This document shows, in pieces, positions 31,655 to 40,798 of a stretch of 64,000 nucleotides of DNA. A program made the position numbers and the translations under genes. The notes beneath the pieces were generated by a model. The model saw only the letters and a program-made list of their open reading frames with translations, was not told the DNA's origin and did not search any database. The DNA is from an uncultured Solirubrobacterales bacterium (GTDB taxonomy: Bacteria > Actinomycetota > Thermoleophilia > Solirubrobacterales > 70-9). The stretch is from contig CAVOKZ010000020.1 of NCBI GenBank assembly GCA_963696625.1, positions 6,165 to 70,164 of the forward strand, written 5' to 3'. Each line of letters opens with the position of its first letter. Positions within the stretch are counted from its first letter, which is position 1.

Positions 31655-31942
31655 TCAGGCCGCTGCGAGCGCCGGCGCCAGCTCGTCTGCGCTCGCCTCG
31701 ACCGTTTCCGGGACCGTTACGACCAAGCGGCCGTCGCGCTCGAGGACGGTGCGAGCGTTGACGACAGTCAGCCCAACAATTCGCTGCGTTCCGGGCTCGA
31801 AGCGGACCAGGTGTCCCTCCGGGGTCTCCTCGCCCTCGCCTTCGGATGGCTCGCCGACATGCAGATAGAGGACGTCGCCGTCTGGGTCGTAGTCGGCGTG
31901 GTCGAAGACCAGCGGGCCGATGTGGATGTTCACGGTCTCCAT
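31655..31942 (-). CDS. DUF2283-like small protein, second copy
   Basis: Translation identical to the 29699-29986 product as shown in the ORF track (METVNIHIGPLVFDHADYDPDGDVLYLHVG...). Confidence 0.65.
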   Translation of the reverse strand: METVNIHIGPLVFDHADYDPDGDVLYLHVGEPSEGEGEETPEGHLVRFEPGTQRIVGLTVVNARTVLERDGRLVVTVPETVEASADELAPALAAA

Positions 31943-32251
31943 TGCTTGGGGTCCTTGCGCAGCGCCACCGCGGTGAGGATCCGCGCCGGCTCCTGCTCGT
32001 AGCTTACGACCACGAGCAGCCAGCGACTCGGGCCAAACCCCGCTTCGGTAGTAGCGCCGCCGGCCGCCACGGGGATCGGGCTCGGTGTGCTCGGGGTCGG
32101 TGACCGTTCCAAGCACGTCATCCAAGCGGTCCTCCAGCTCGGGGTGGTCTCGCACGATCTTCTGGTTCCAGATACGCGCGAGCAGCACGACCGGGCGCGC
32201 ATCCGGAGCCGCGATCTCCACCGAGTGTTCGGGGCTTTCGGCCACCGACAA
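31930..32251 (-). pseudogene. second copy of the putative toxin gene, frame broken by an extra T (GGGGTTTGGCC vs GGGGTTGGCC) near 32033
   Basis: MSVAESPEHSVEIAAPDARPVVLLARIWNQKIV... then a shift; the C-terminal ...SRWLLVVVSYEQEPARILTAVALRKDPKQWRP is in another frame. Length 322 = 3n+1. Confidence 0.6.
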
Positions 32252-32378
32252 GAGAGTGGCGCCTGGAGCGGCGGCTTTACGCTCTGTTAACGGGGTCAGA
32301 CCCCCTTAACATACGGAAACGTGACTACGACATCCCGGCGAGAAGTCGCGGGCGAATGCTGGTCGCGACCGGCGCCGG

Positions 32379-32700
32379 TCAGCTGGCCTCTGCGATGGTC
32401 GGCCGCATGCGCGACGGCTCGCACGGCGTGTCGATCGCAGGTTCGCTCTGGGTGCTCGCGGTCAGCGCGTGGCTTGCCAGGAGCATCATCGCCACCGCGC
32501 TAAGGAGCGCGAGTGCGAGGGCAAGCCACAGACCGTTGCCGAGCGCATGCGCCAGGGCGGCGTCACCGCCACTCCCAAGCGTGCCGTAGAAGACGACGCC
32601 GACCAGTACGCGGCGGCGATGGCACAGAACAAGCCTGCGACACGGTCCCCCCGATAGCGCTCGGTGGGGGAGAAGTTGTCGCTTCCCGCGTTCCTCCCGA
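32379..32700 (-). pseudogene. possible 3' fragment of an MFS-type transporter gene
   Basis: Two frames read ...LILALGVGRNAGSDNFSPTERYRG... and ...LVGVVFYGTLGSGGDAALAHALGNGLWLALALALLSAVAMMLLA, which look like the last TMs of an MFS protein. No room for the 5' part. Confidence 0.3.
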
Positions 32701-32715
32701 CGCCCAAGGCGAGAA

Positions 32716-34324
32716 TCAGGCTCCGGCCAAGAAGGCGTCCAACGCCACATCCGGGTGGTCTTGGCTGAAGCGCTCGAAGCTCGAACTGATCGCGGAACAC
32801 CGCCACCATGGTTCCGGCCTGATCCTCGAGGACGCTGCCCCGGGTCCACGCTCGAATTGCCTCTGCGCCCTCGTCGTCGATCCGCCGCGAGATTCGCCAG
32901 TCGACTGGCTCGAGCGCGATCTCGGCCCCGAACTCGTTCTGCATCCGGTAGGAGGCGACCTCGAATTGCATCGGCCCGATCCCCGCGAGGATCGGCGACT
33001 GTGGCCCGATCGCGGGCTCGTGAAAGACGTGGACCACTCCCTCCTGAGCGAGTTGCTCGAGGCCGGCCCGGAACTGCTTGTAGCGCGCGTTGTCGCGACT
33101 TCGCGCCCGAGCAAACCGCTCCGGTGCCAGGACCCTGAAGACCGGAAAGCTCACCGGCTCTCCCGCGTGCACGGTGTCCCCGACGCGGAGGTCGCTCGAG
33201 GTCACAAGACCGACGACGTCTCCCGGATAGGCCCGATCGATCGTCTGGCGCTCTTGGCCAAACAGCTCGTGCGCGTAGTTCATCGTCACCGTCTTGCCCG
33301 TCCGTGCGATGGTCGCCTGGGCGCCTCGCTCGAAGCGACCTGAGCAGACCCGCACAAAGGCCAACCGGTCGCGGTGCCGCGGATCCAGATTCGCCTGAAG
33401 CTTGAAGACCTGCCCCGAAAAGGGCGCGTCCAGGGGTCGAGCGCCGCCGTTTGAGGAGGGACGGGGGGAGGGGGCTGGGGCGAGCTTGACCAATGCGTGC
33501 AGCAGCAGGCGCACCCCGAAGTTCGAGAGCGCCGAGCCGAAGAAGACAGGGGTGGCGCTGCCGGAGAGGTACTCCGGCAGTGAGAGCCGGGCGCCGACCG
33601 CATCGAGCAGCGCCACCTCTTCCTCCGCAGATCGCCAGAGTTCGTCGCGATCGCCGACGGCCTCCGCCTGGACCCGTTCCTCTTGCGCGGGGGTGGACCC
33701 TCCGGGGGCGCGGGTGAAGCGATGAAAGCTGCCGTCGCGGCGGTCGATGACGCCACGGAAGCGATCCGCATCTCCGACGGGCCAGGTGACCGGAGCCGGC
33801 TTCAGGCCGAGCTCTCGTTCGATCTGGTCGAGCAGCGCGAGCGGCTCCTGCGACGGGCGGTCGAGCTTGTTGATGAAGGTGATCAGCGGGATTCGCCGCT
33901 CGCGAGCCACCTGGAACAGTTTCAGGGTCTGCTCCTCGATCCCCTTCGCCGCGTCGAGCAGCATCACCGCGGAGTCCGCTGCGGCGAGCACCCGAAAGGT
34001 GTCCTCGGAGAAGTCTCGGTGGCCGGGCGTATCGATCAGGTTGAAGGTTGTGTCGAGGAACTCGAAGCGAAGAGCCGTCGAGGTCACCGAGATGCCCCGC
34101 TCGCGCTCGACCTCCATCCAGTCGGAGACGACGTCGCGGCGGTTTCGCCTCGCCCGCACCTGGCCCGCCTCAGCGACGGCTCCGGCGTAGAGCAGGAGCT
34201 TCTCCGTCAGCGTCGTCTTGCCGGCGTCCGGGTGGGAGATGATCGCGAAGGTGCGACGGCGGCTCGCGAGCTCGCTCGGAGACTCACCCCCGCCGGAGCC
34301 GTGGGTGGCTAGGGCATCGGCCAT
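32716..34324 (-). CDS. prfC: peptide chain release factor 3; 7-bp tandem duplication near the 3' end shifts the frame
   Basis: RRTFAIISHPDAGKTTLTEKLLLY...DTPGHRDF...NKLDR. On the plus strand GCTCGAAGCTCGAA sits at 32772-32785. Removing one copy restores ...DQFERFSQDHPDVALDAFLAGA* ending at 32716. Confidence 0.9.
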
Positions 34325-34327
34325 GAC

Positions 34328-34753
34328 TCAGGCCGGGCTGGAACTCTTGTTGCGCCGCCGGTGCCGGCGCAGCTCGCTGCCGAGCTCGCCCGCGAACTTT
34401 TCCGCCGCCGCCAGGGTCCCGTGCAGCTCGCTGATCTTCTGCTTCGTCGCCTCGGCGAATCCGGCCAAGCGATCGAGGGCCTCCGAATGGGCGCGGGTGC
34501 CAAGCTCCCCGCTTGCCAGGCGATCTCGAGCATCAAGCAGATCGCGCATCTCCTGAACGGTGAAGCCGAGCGGCTTCATCTGCTTGATCAGCAGCAGACG
34601 GGCGATCTCCTCATCGCTGTAGAGGCGAAAGCCGCCCTCGGTGCGCTGGACCGGACGGACCAGGCCCTGCTCCTCGTAGTAACGCACCGTCCGAAGGGAG
34701 AGCTCCACCCGCTCCGCGACCTCCCCGATCTGATGCAGATGCTCCGCGTTCAC
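34328..34753 (-). CDS. MerR-family transcriptional regulator
   Basis: IGEVAERVELSLRTVRYYEEQGLVRPVQRTEGGFRLYSDEEIARLLLIKQMKPLGF. Confidence 0.88.
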   Translation of the reverse strand: MNAEHLHQIGEVAERVELSLRTVRYYEEQGLVRPVQRTEGGFRLYSDEEIARLLLIKQMKPLGFTVQEMRDLLDARDRLASGELGTRAHSEALDRLAGFAEATKQKISELHGTLAAAEKFAGELGSELRRHRRRNKSSSPA

Positions 34754-34762
34754 AACGGAAGG

Positions 34763-36430
34763 TCAGACCTCGACGACGACCGGCATGATCATCGGTCGCC
34801 GGCGCAGGCGCTTGTAGACAAACTTCGCGAGGTCGTTATGGAGGACCTGTTGCACGGCATCGGCCTCGTGGATATCCGCGTCCGCGGCCCTGTCGAGCGA
34901 CTCCTCGACCGCCTCACGAACATCCTCGACGAAGGCCTCGGACCCCTCCTTGATCGGGATCCCGCGAAGGATCACGTCCGGCGGGTTGATCGACGCACCG
35001 TCCTGCTCGGAGACAGTCGCGACGATGACCACGATGCCGTCGGCCGAGAGCGCGCGGCGGTCTCGAAGCGCGCCCTCGGTCGGGTCGCCGAGCTCGATCC
35101 CGTCGACGAAGACCATGCCCGCCTGCTCCTTCTTGCCGAAGCGAGCACCCTTCGAGTCGATTTCCAGCGGCAGCCCGTTTTCACCGCAGAAGACGTTGTT
35201 GGGTGGGATGCCCACGGCCTCGCCGAGACCGGCGTGAAGGCGCAGGCGCCGGTGGTCGCCATGGACCGGCATGAGGTATTTGGGACGGGTTAGATTGAGC
35301 ATGAGCTTCAGCTCCTCGCGGTGACCGTGGCCGGAGGTGTGGATCGGGGCGTCGCGAGCGGTGATGACCTCGCAGCCAACGTGCACGAGATGGTCGATGG
35401 TCTCGTTCACGGCGCGCTCATTTCCGGGAATCGAGTTCGCCGAGAAGACCACGGTGTCACCGCGCTTGAGGCGGACCTGCTTGTGCTCGCGATAGGCCAT
35501 GCGCCGCAGCGCCGAGAGCGGCTCACCCTGCGAGCCGGTCGACATGATCACGAGCTCGTGGTCGGGGACGTTGTCGATCTTGCCCGGGTCGACCAGCTGT
35601 CGATCGTCGAAGCGGATATGCCCGAGGTCTCGACCGATCTTCACGTTCTTGACCATCGAGCGTCCGAGTAGCGCGACTCGCCGACCGAGCGCGTCGGCGG
35701 CATCGACGACCTGTTGGACGCGATGGATGTTCGAGGCGAATGTGGTGACGACGATGCGCCCCTCGCGGCCGGAGAACACAGACTCCAGCGCCGGCCCGAT
35801 GTCCGACTCCGAGGCGGCGAAGCCGGAGCGCTCGGCGTTGGTGGAATCGCCGCAGAGCAGAAGCAGCCCCTCGTCGCCAAATCGCGCCAGGCGGGACATG
35901 TCAGCCGGGCGCCCGTCGACCGGAGTCTGGTCGAAGCGATAGTCCCCGGTGAAGAGCACCGTCCCCAGCGGGGTCTTGAGCGCGATCGCGGCGGCGTCTG
36001 GAATCGAGTGGGTGAGGTGGACGTACTCGATCTCGAAGGGACCGGCGCGGTGCGTCTCTCCGGGCTCGACCTGCGTGACGGCGGTCCGCAGCTTGTGCTC
36101 ATCGAGCTTCGACTTCGCCATCGCCGCGGTCAGCCGGCGGCCGTAGATTGCCGGAACGGCATCCGGGCCGAGCTCGCGCAGGACCCAGGGGAGCGCGCCG
36201 AGGTGGTCCTCGTGGCCGTGGGTGATCACGATCGCCTCGATCTGATCGCTGCGATCGCGCAGGTACTGGAAGTCGGGGAGGACGAGGTCGATGCCGTGCA
36301 TCTCGGCCGTCGGAAACCGCACACCCGTGTCGACGACGACGATTCGCCCGTCGTACTCGACCACGGTCATGTTCTTGCCGATCTCCCCGAGGCCGCCGAG
36401 GGGCAGGACGCGGAGTCTCGCCTTAGACAT
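34763..36430 (-). CDS. rnj: ribonuclease J
   Basis: LRVLPLGGLGEIGKNMTVVEY...ITHGHEDHLGALPWVL..., beta-CASP region; 555 aa. Confidence 0.93.
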   Translation of the reverse strand: MSKARLRVLPLGGLGEIGKNMTVVEYDGRIVVVDTGVRFPTAEMHGIDLVLPDFQYLRDRSDQIEAIVITHGHEDHLGALPWVLRELGPDAVPAIYGRRLTAAMAKSKLDEHKLRTAVTQVEPGETHRAGPFEIEYVHLTHSIPDAAAIALKTPLGTVLFTGDYRFDQTPVDGRPADMSRLARFGDEGLLLLCGDSTNAERSGFAASESDIGPALESVFSGREGRIVVTTFASNIHRVQQVVDAADALGRRVALLGRSMVKNVKIGRDLGHIRFDDRQLVDPGKIDNVPDHELVIMSTGSQGEPLSALRRMAYREHKQVRLKRGDTVVFSANSIPGNERAVNETIDHLVHVGCEVITARDAPIHTSGHGHREELKLMLNLTRPKYLMPVHGDHRRLRLHAGLGEAVGIPPNNVFCGENGLPLEIDSKGARFGKKEQAGMVFVDGIELGDPTEGALRDRRALSADGIVVIVATVSEQDGASINPPDVILRGIPIKEGSEAFVEDVREAVEESLDRAADADIHEADAVQQVLHNDLAKFVYKRLRRRPMIMPVVVEV

Positions 36431-36678
36431 GGCTCTGGGCCTGTCGGCGATCGTGAACGCCCCGGTTGTCCCGAGCGCCGATTCTCAGCGGAATAAGTTC
36501 AGTGGGCACCGGGATGAGCGTAATGAGCAGGATCGGACGCGATCGTTTGGGCCGGGCGTGTGCAGGTCGCGAGTCAACCCTGACGTTAGGGTAGAGTGTA
36601 GGGCACGAAAGCGCACGTCGGCCTCGCTGGACGCGACGCGGGGCCAAGGGACGAGTAAGACCAGGGAAAGGTGCGGGA

Positions 36679-37419
36679 ATGAAGTCCATGGCGGCGATCC
36701 TGATTTCGACGATCCTCGTGGCCGCTGGGTTGTTTGCGATCGACGATACGTCGGCCAAGAAGCGGCACCACAAACGCATCAAGGTCGGCGCGCTCATATC
36801 CCTCGCGGGCAACCCCGCGTTTAGCGGCACCGTGGTTGCTCGCCGCCGCTGTCAGCGCAATCGCTATATCCAGATCCGGCGTGCCTCCAACGGCGTGCTG
36901 ATCGGCACGGCCGAGAGCAACGCCGCTGGCGCCTTCTCTCAGCCGAGCAGCTTTGGCGGGCACGCCTACGCGGTGGCGACCAGCAGGCCCATGGGCAGGC
37001 GGGTGAAGTGCAGGGCCGCGAGCTCGAGCCCGACAGCGATCGGTGCCGCCGACCTCGAGCTGGCCAAGGCAGCCGCGGGAACCGTCGCCGGGAGCCCGCG
37101 CTACGAGATAACTGTCACGAATCTGGGGCCAAGTTCCGCGGAAGACATCGTAATCACCGACAGCCCGCGCGCTGTTCCCGCGACCGGGGACTTCGACTTG
37201 GAGGGCGCGGAGTCCAGCCCCGGCTGCTCGCTCGCCACCGGCATGATCACCTGTTCGGCGGGCCTGCTTGGCCCGGGCAAGTCGTTCACGCGAACGATCG
37301 TGCTCAGCTGCGGCGCCGGCACCGTCTCGTTCTTCAATTCGGCATCGGTTGTGAGCACCGCGCCGGATCCCGCCGCGGCAAACAACACCGTGAGCGACGT
37401 CCCCTCGGCCCCCTGCTGA
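36679..37419 (+). CDS. secreted protein with DUF11-like repeat domain
   Basis: N-terminal signal/TM; ADLELAKAAAGTVAGSPRYEITVTNLGPSSAEDIVITD...ANNTVSD is typical of the 'conserved repeat domain' (DUF11). Confidence 0.7.
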   Translation: MKSMAAILISTILVAAGLFAIDDTSAKKRHHKRIKVGALISLAGNPAFSGTVVARRRCQRNRYIQIRRASNGVLIGTAESNAAGAFSQPSSFGGHAYAVATSRPMGRRVKCRAASSSPTAIGAADLELAKAAAGTVAGSPRYEITVTNLGPSSAEDIVITDSPRAVPATGDFDLEGAESSPGCSLATGMITCSAGLLGPGKSFTRTIVLSCGAGTVSFFNSASVVSTAPDPAAANNTVSDVPSAPC

Positions 37420-37439
37420 GTTCGACTCGAGGTTGGTAG

Positions 37440-37513
37440 AGCGGCCGCCCGGACTCGAACCGGGACTTCCAACCTGGGCGGCTGGCGGTGCTTCCACTCC
37501 GACCTCCGGCCGC
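37440..37513 (-). tRNA. tRNA-Gly (CCC), atypical (G at position 33, 3-bp D stem)
   Basis: RNA sense: GCGGCCG GA GGT CGGAGTGGAAGC ACC G CCAGC CGCCCAG GTTGG AAGT CCCGG TTCGAGT CCGGG CGGCCGC T. The Gly identity set G1-C72, C2-G71, G3-C70, C35C36, U73 is present. Confidence 0.55.
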
Positions 37514-37645
37514 ACGCATCTGGGAGTGTGACGAACGAACGTCCGCCATGGCCGGGCGCGACTCTCGTCGATCGCCGGCGAGGTGAGCCAGGTCCAAAGG
37601 GCGGGGTTCTGTGGGGCATCACTGATCGGTGTCCATCTCGGACAT

Positions 37646-37818
37646 CGTGTCCCGAGCGTGTCCCGAACTCCCGTAATCGGAGCGAACTGAGCGGATCTCA
37701 TAGGCACGAAACGAAGCCAACGGGGCCCGAGCCGCCCCGCCTGACCGAAACTCATAATTCGCCACGCGTTGGTTCGAATCCAACCCGGCCCATGAAAGCC
37801 TCGCAACGCGGGGCTTTC
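37646..37818 (+). repeat. tRNA-Met 3'-half repeat unit B (GTCCCGA boxes, tRNA fragment 37751-37792, then terminator-like hairpin)
   Basis: CGTGTCCCGAGCGTGTCCCGAACTCCCG ...104 nt... CTCATAATTCGCCACGCGTTGGTTCGAATCCAACCCGGCCCA TGAAAGCCT. The hairpin GAAAGCC...GGCTTTC spans 37794-37818. Confidence 0.8.
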
Positions 37819-38003
37819 TGCTTGAAGGGAAATGGCCGGAGACCGACGGGTCGAGAATCCGTCGCTGGGGGTCCGCCAGGCCTACGCTGACCTCATCCCA
37901 CCGACGGCGGCCGCGCGCCCCGCCAGGGAGGGGGACGGGGCGCGCGAACCGTCGTTGTTCACGGCCGCCGCACCAGCTGGTCGTGAACGTGGGGGAGGGA
38001 GCT

Positions 38004-38771
38004 CTAGCTGCCGAACACCGCCACGGTGCCGACGATGCAGGAGTCGCCGGCGAGGAACGGACCATCGCCGTCGGGCGGGGTGCCCTGCTTGGCGCCGGCA
38101 CCGGAGGCCAGGCCGGTGATCCTGGTCCCATTGCTGGCTGCTGCCTGGAACTCCTCGTTGTTGGCCTCGGCGTCGAACGCGTTCGCGCCCGCGGATACGT
38201 TCGCCTCGAGCTCCCGGTCGTCCTCGCTGCTCGTCGGCTTCAGGTAGCCGCTCGTGTTGCTCGCGAAGTCGTCCGAGTCCTCGGTGCTGAGGATCGCGGT
38301 CCCTGTCGTGAGCTCGATGTAGGTGCGCTCGACGACGTTGCCCGCCGCCTTGAAGCACTTGCCGTAGAACTTGAACGGCCCAACGGTGCCGAGTTCGACG
38401 CGCGGCGCCGAACCTTGATCAGCGGCCGCGGGGACGACTCCGCCCTTGAACACCGCGACGAGCTGCATCTCCGAGTTGCCGACCGCGTTGCTGGCGATGT
38501 CGTTTGCGGCGATCGACGAATCGGCGATCTTCGGCGACGTCACCGAGTTGGACGCGAGCTTGCCTTTCTTGACCGCGCCTGGAGCGATCTTGCCGGTGCG
38601 CACCGCGGCGCGGTGCAGGTCCTGCTTCTTGACCGCACCCTTCGCGATGTCATTGGACTTGACCGAGTTGCGCCCCTTGAGCGCGTAGGCGCTGCCGCTG
38701 AGCGCCGCGAACAGCGCCACGACCGCGAGGACGGTCGCCGGCGACGGTGCCCGCTGGATGATCTTCGCCAT
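38004..38771 (-). CDS. secreted protein with short IAxGAV-type repeats
   Basis: ATG 38771 preceded by AAAGGAG. Signal peptide ATVLAVVALFAALSGSAYA; repeats DIAKGAVKK/KIAPGAVKK/DIASNAVGN. Confidence 0.7.
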   Translation of the reverse strand: MAKIIQRAPSPATVLAVVALFAALSGSAYALKGRNSVKSNDIAKGAVKKQDLHRAAVRTGKIAPGAVKKGKLASNSVTSPKIADSSIAANDIASNAVGNSEMQLVAVFKGGVVPAAADQGSAPRVELGTVGPFKFYGKCFKAAGNVVERTYIELTTGTAILSTEDSDDFASNTSGYLKPTSSEDDRELEANVSAGANAFDAEANNEEFQAAASNGTRITGLASGAGAKQGTPPDGDGPFLAGDSCIVGTVAVFGS

Positions 38772-38872
38772 GGAATTCTCCTTTCCGGCGGCGCTCGCCG
38801 CCGGTCTGTTTGCGTTTGCTGGCCTGCAAACAGGCGGCGGCCCGACCCGATGCGTGACGCGCGTTTCGCCGG

Positions 38873-39679
38873 TCAGGGTTCTGACGGGACTCGATCTTCG
38901 GGCGCCGCGATCTCGCGGAGCTCTGCCGGAGGCGTCCCAAACAGCAGCCATTGGCGTCCATTTCGCCGGATGACCCCGGCCTCGGCGAGACTGCTCAAGG
39001 CGGCGCTGACCGAAGGTCGCCGGGCGGCGACCATTTTCGCCAGCAGCTCGTGAGTGAGGGGGAGGTCGAGCGCGATCGCGTCGGGCCCTACCCGACCCCA
39101 GCGGTCGGCAAGGTGCCAGAACAGCATCGCCAGGCGGGTGTCGACGCGCGGTTGCTGGACGATCGCGAGGGTCAGGGCGAGCCGGCGGGAGCGCATCAGC
39201 GCCCGTCCCGCCAGCTCGGCGGCGATCTCGGGATAGCGCGCAGCCCTTATCGAGAAGCTCGCACCCAGGACCGCAAGCGTCGAGCTGGTGTGGGTGATCC
39301 ATACCGGCTCGACCGGAATGCTGTCTCCATCGGCATCGTCCTGCCATGGGCGCAGGAGATCCCCTGGCCCGAGGACCTCGGCGCCGAACCGCGCGCGCTG
39401 GCCGACTTCACGCGTGATGAATCCAGAGAGGATCAGGAGGCCGAACCCGCCGGGGTCCGGATTGTCGAGCGCCGCCGGATGCCAGGCGCCGCGATCGAGC
39501 GTGACCGTCGGCGCGACACAAGCCTCTATCGCCCGCTTCCTGCGCCCGGGTGGGAGCTGTTCGGCGAGCGAGACGTCCGCGAGCAGGACAGGCACGCCCG
39601 CCTGGGGCGTGCGATCGGACCTTCGCTTATCTCCCTCGATTGTTCTGTGCTCCCTTGGACGAGACCCGTGTTCCCTCAA
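38873..39679 (-). CDS. Crp/Fnr-family transcriptional regulator
   Basis: cNMP-binding-like N-terminal half. C-terminal HTH LTHELLAKMVAARRPSVSAALSSLAEAGVI. Confidence 0.8.
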   Translation of the reverse strand: MREHGSRPREHRTIEGDKRRSDRTPQAGVPVLLADVSLAEQLPPGRRKRAIEACVAPTVTLDRGAWHPAALDNPDPGGFGLLILSGFITREVGQRARFGAEVLGPGDLLRPWQDDADGDSIPVEPVWITHTSSTLAVLGASFSIRAARYPEIAAELAGRALMRSRRLALTLAIVQQPRVDTRLAMLFWHLADRWGRVGPDAIALDLPLTHELLAKMVAARRPSVSAALSSLAEAGVIRRNGRQWLLFGTPPAELREIAAPEDRVPSEP

Positions 39680-39724
39680 ACACTGACCCCGGCGACAGTT
39701 GCGCCCGAGCGCCGGAAGACCGTA

Positions 39725-40798
39725 TTAGCCTGCCGGGCGCAGCGAACCGACAACCGGCTGGGCAAATAGCTGCCGCATCGAGTTGTCGGACGCAAAGAAG
39801 AAGAACGCGCCGGCGCCTCGTGCAAGGCCTGCCGCGACGCAGCGGTCGGCCATGACCGGCCCCACGTGGCGGACCGGGAGCGGATCCGAGGGATCGGGCG
39901 TGTCGCTGAACGAGACCTGGAGCGCCAAATTGCGGCGCTGCGGCCGGGCTCGAGGGCTCAGCTTCTCCCTGACCGTCACCCGCCGCAGCCTGCCCTTCCG
40001 CCATCGCTTGCGCTTCACCAGCCGGTAGCGATAGGACCCGAGCAGCGCGCGCGCCCGGCGGCTGAATCCGCGGGCGCCGGACATGCACGCTCCTTGGGTC
40101 TGCACACTCTGAATGCCGAGGTGGCGGCGACCGAGGTGGCGGTTGTGGCGATCGATCGCCTGGGCGATGCCTCCGTAGTTCCAGTTCGGATGATCCATCG
40201 GGATCAGGCCGGCTCGGGTGCGGACGCTGTTGAGTGCGAGGGCGCGACCGAGCCCGGCCATCCAGCCGCCGACCCGCCGCAGCGTCGGCCGGTAGCGGTA
40301 GGTCCAACCCGGCATTCCCGGGTTGGTCCAGCGAGCGTAGTTCCAGTCATCGGGCTCCCAGTCGAGCAGCACGCCGTAGAGGCCCGCGTGGGCGAGGGCG
40401 TAGACGTAGCCCGGCCGGGTCGGGTCGGCGCTGACGCCGTTGAGCGCGATGATCCGGTTGCAGGGGAACGCGGATCGAAGTTGCGAGGCGATCTGCTCGG
40501 CCACGGCAGGGCTCGAGGTCCCGGCGGGGTTCTGGAATCTGGTGTTGATCACGAAGATGTCCTGGAGGCGGATGCGGTCGGCGAGCCCGCCCGCCGCCTC
40601 GTCATGATTCGTGTAGGAATCGACGTTCTCGAGCTGGTTGATGCGGATCAGCATCGTGAAGCGGTTGGCGACGCTCTTCGGGAAAAGAGCAGAGGGCAGC
40701 TGCGGACAGGCGGCGTGTGCAGCGGCCGGCGAACCCCCGGCCAGGGCCGCGAGCAGGGCGGCGCACGCCGCCGACATCAGGCCGAGCGCGCGTTTCAC
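39725..40798 (-). CDS. secreted hypothetical protein
   Basis: Signal peptide MKRALGLMSAACAALLAALAGGSPAAAHA. Last gene of the riboswitch-led operon (start overlaps the upstream stop). Confidence 0.65.
   Translation of the reverse strand: MKRALGLMSAACAALLAALAGGSPAAAHAACPQLPSALFPKSVANRFTMLIRINQLENVDSYTNHDEAAGGLADRIRLQDIFVINTRFQNPAGTSSPAVAEQIASQLRSAFPCNRIIALNGVSADPTRPGYVYALAHAGLYGVLLDWEPDDWNYARWTNPGMPGWTYRYRPTLRRVGGWMAGLGRALALNSVRTRAGLIPMDHPNWNYGGIAQAIDRHNRHLGRRHLGIQSVQTQGACMSGARGFSRRARALLGSYRYRLVKRKRWRKGRLRRVTVREKLSPRARPQRRNLALQVSFSDTPDPSDPLPVRHVGPVMADRCVAAGLARGAGAFFFFASDNSMRQLFAQPVVGSLRPAG

Larger units (their letters stand above)
31579..32310 (-). repeat. right arm of the 732-bp inverted repeat
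   Basis: See 29332-30063. Ends in GTTAACGGGGTCAGACCCCCTTAAC at 32286-32310. Confidence 0.9.

Noticed and set aside
29332-32310. The inverted repeat as a nanopore fold-back chimera
   Set aside because: Fold-back artefacts join the two arms directly. Here a 1.5-kb unique gene-bearing spacer separates them, and the arms differ by several substitutions. Still worth checking with reads.
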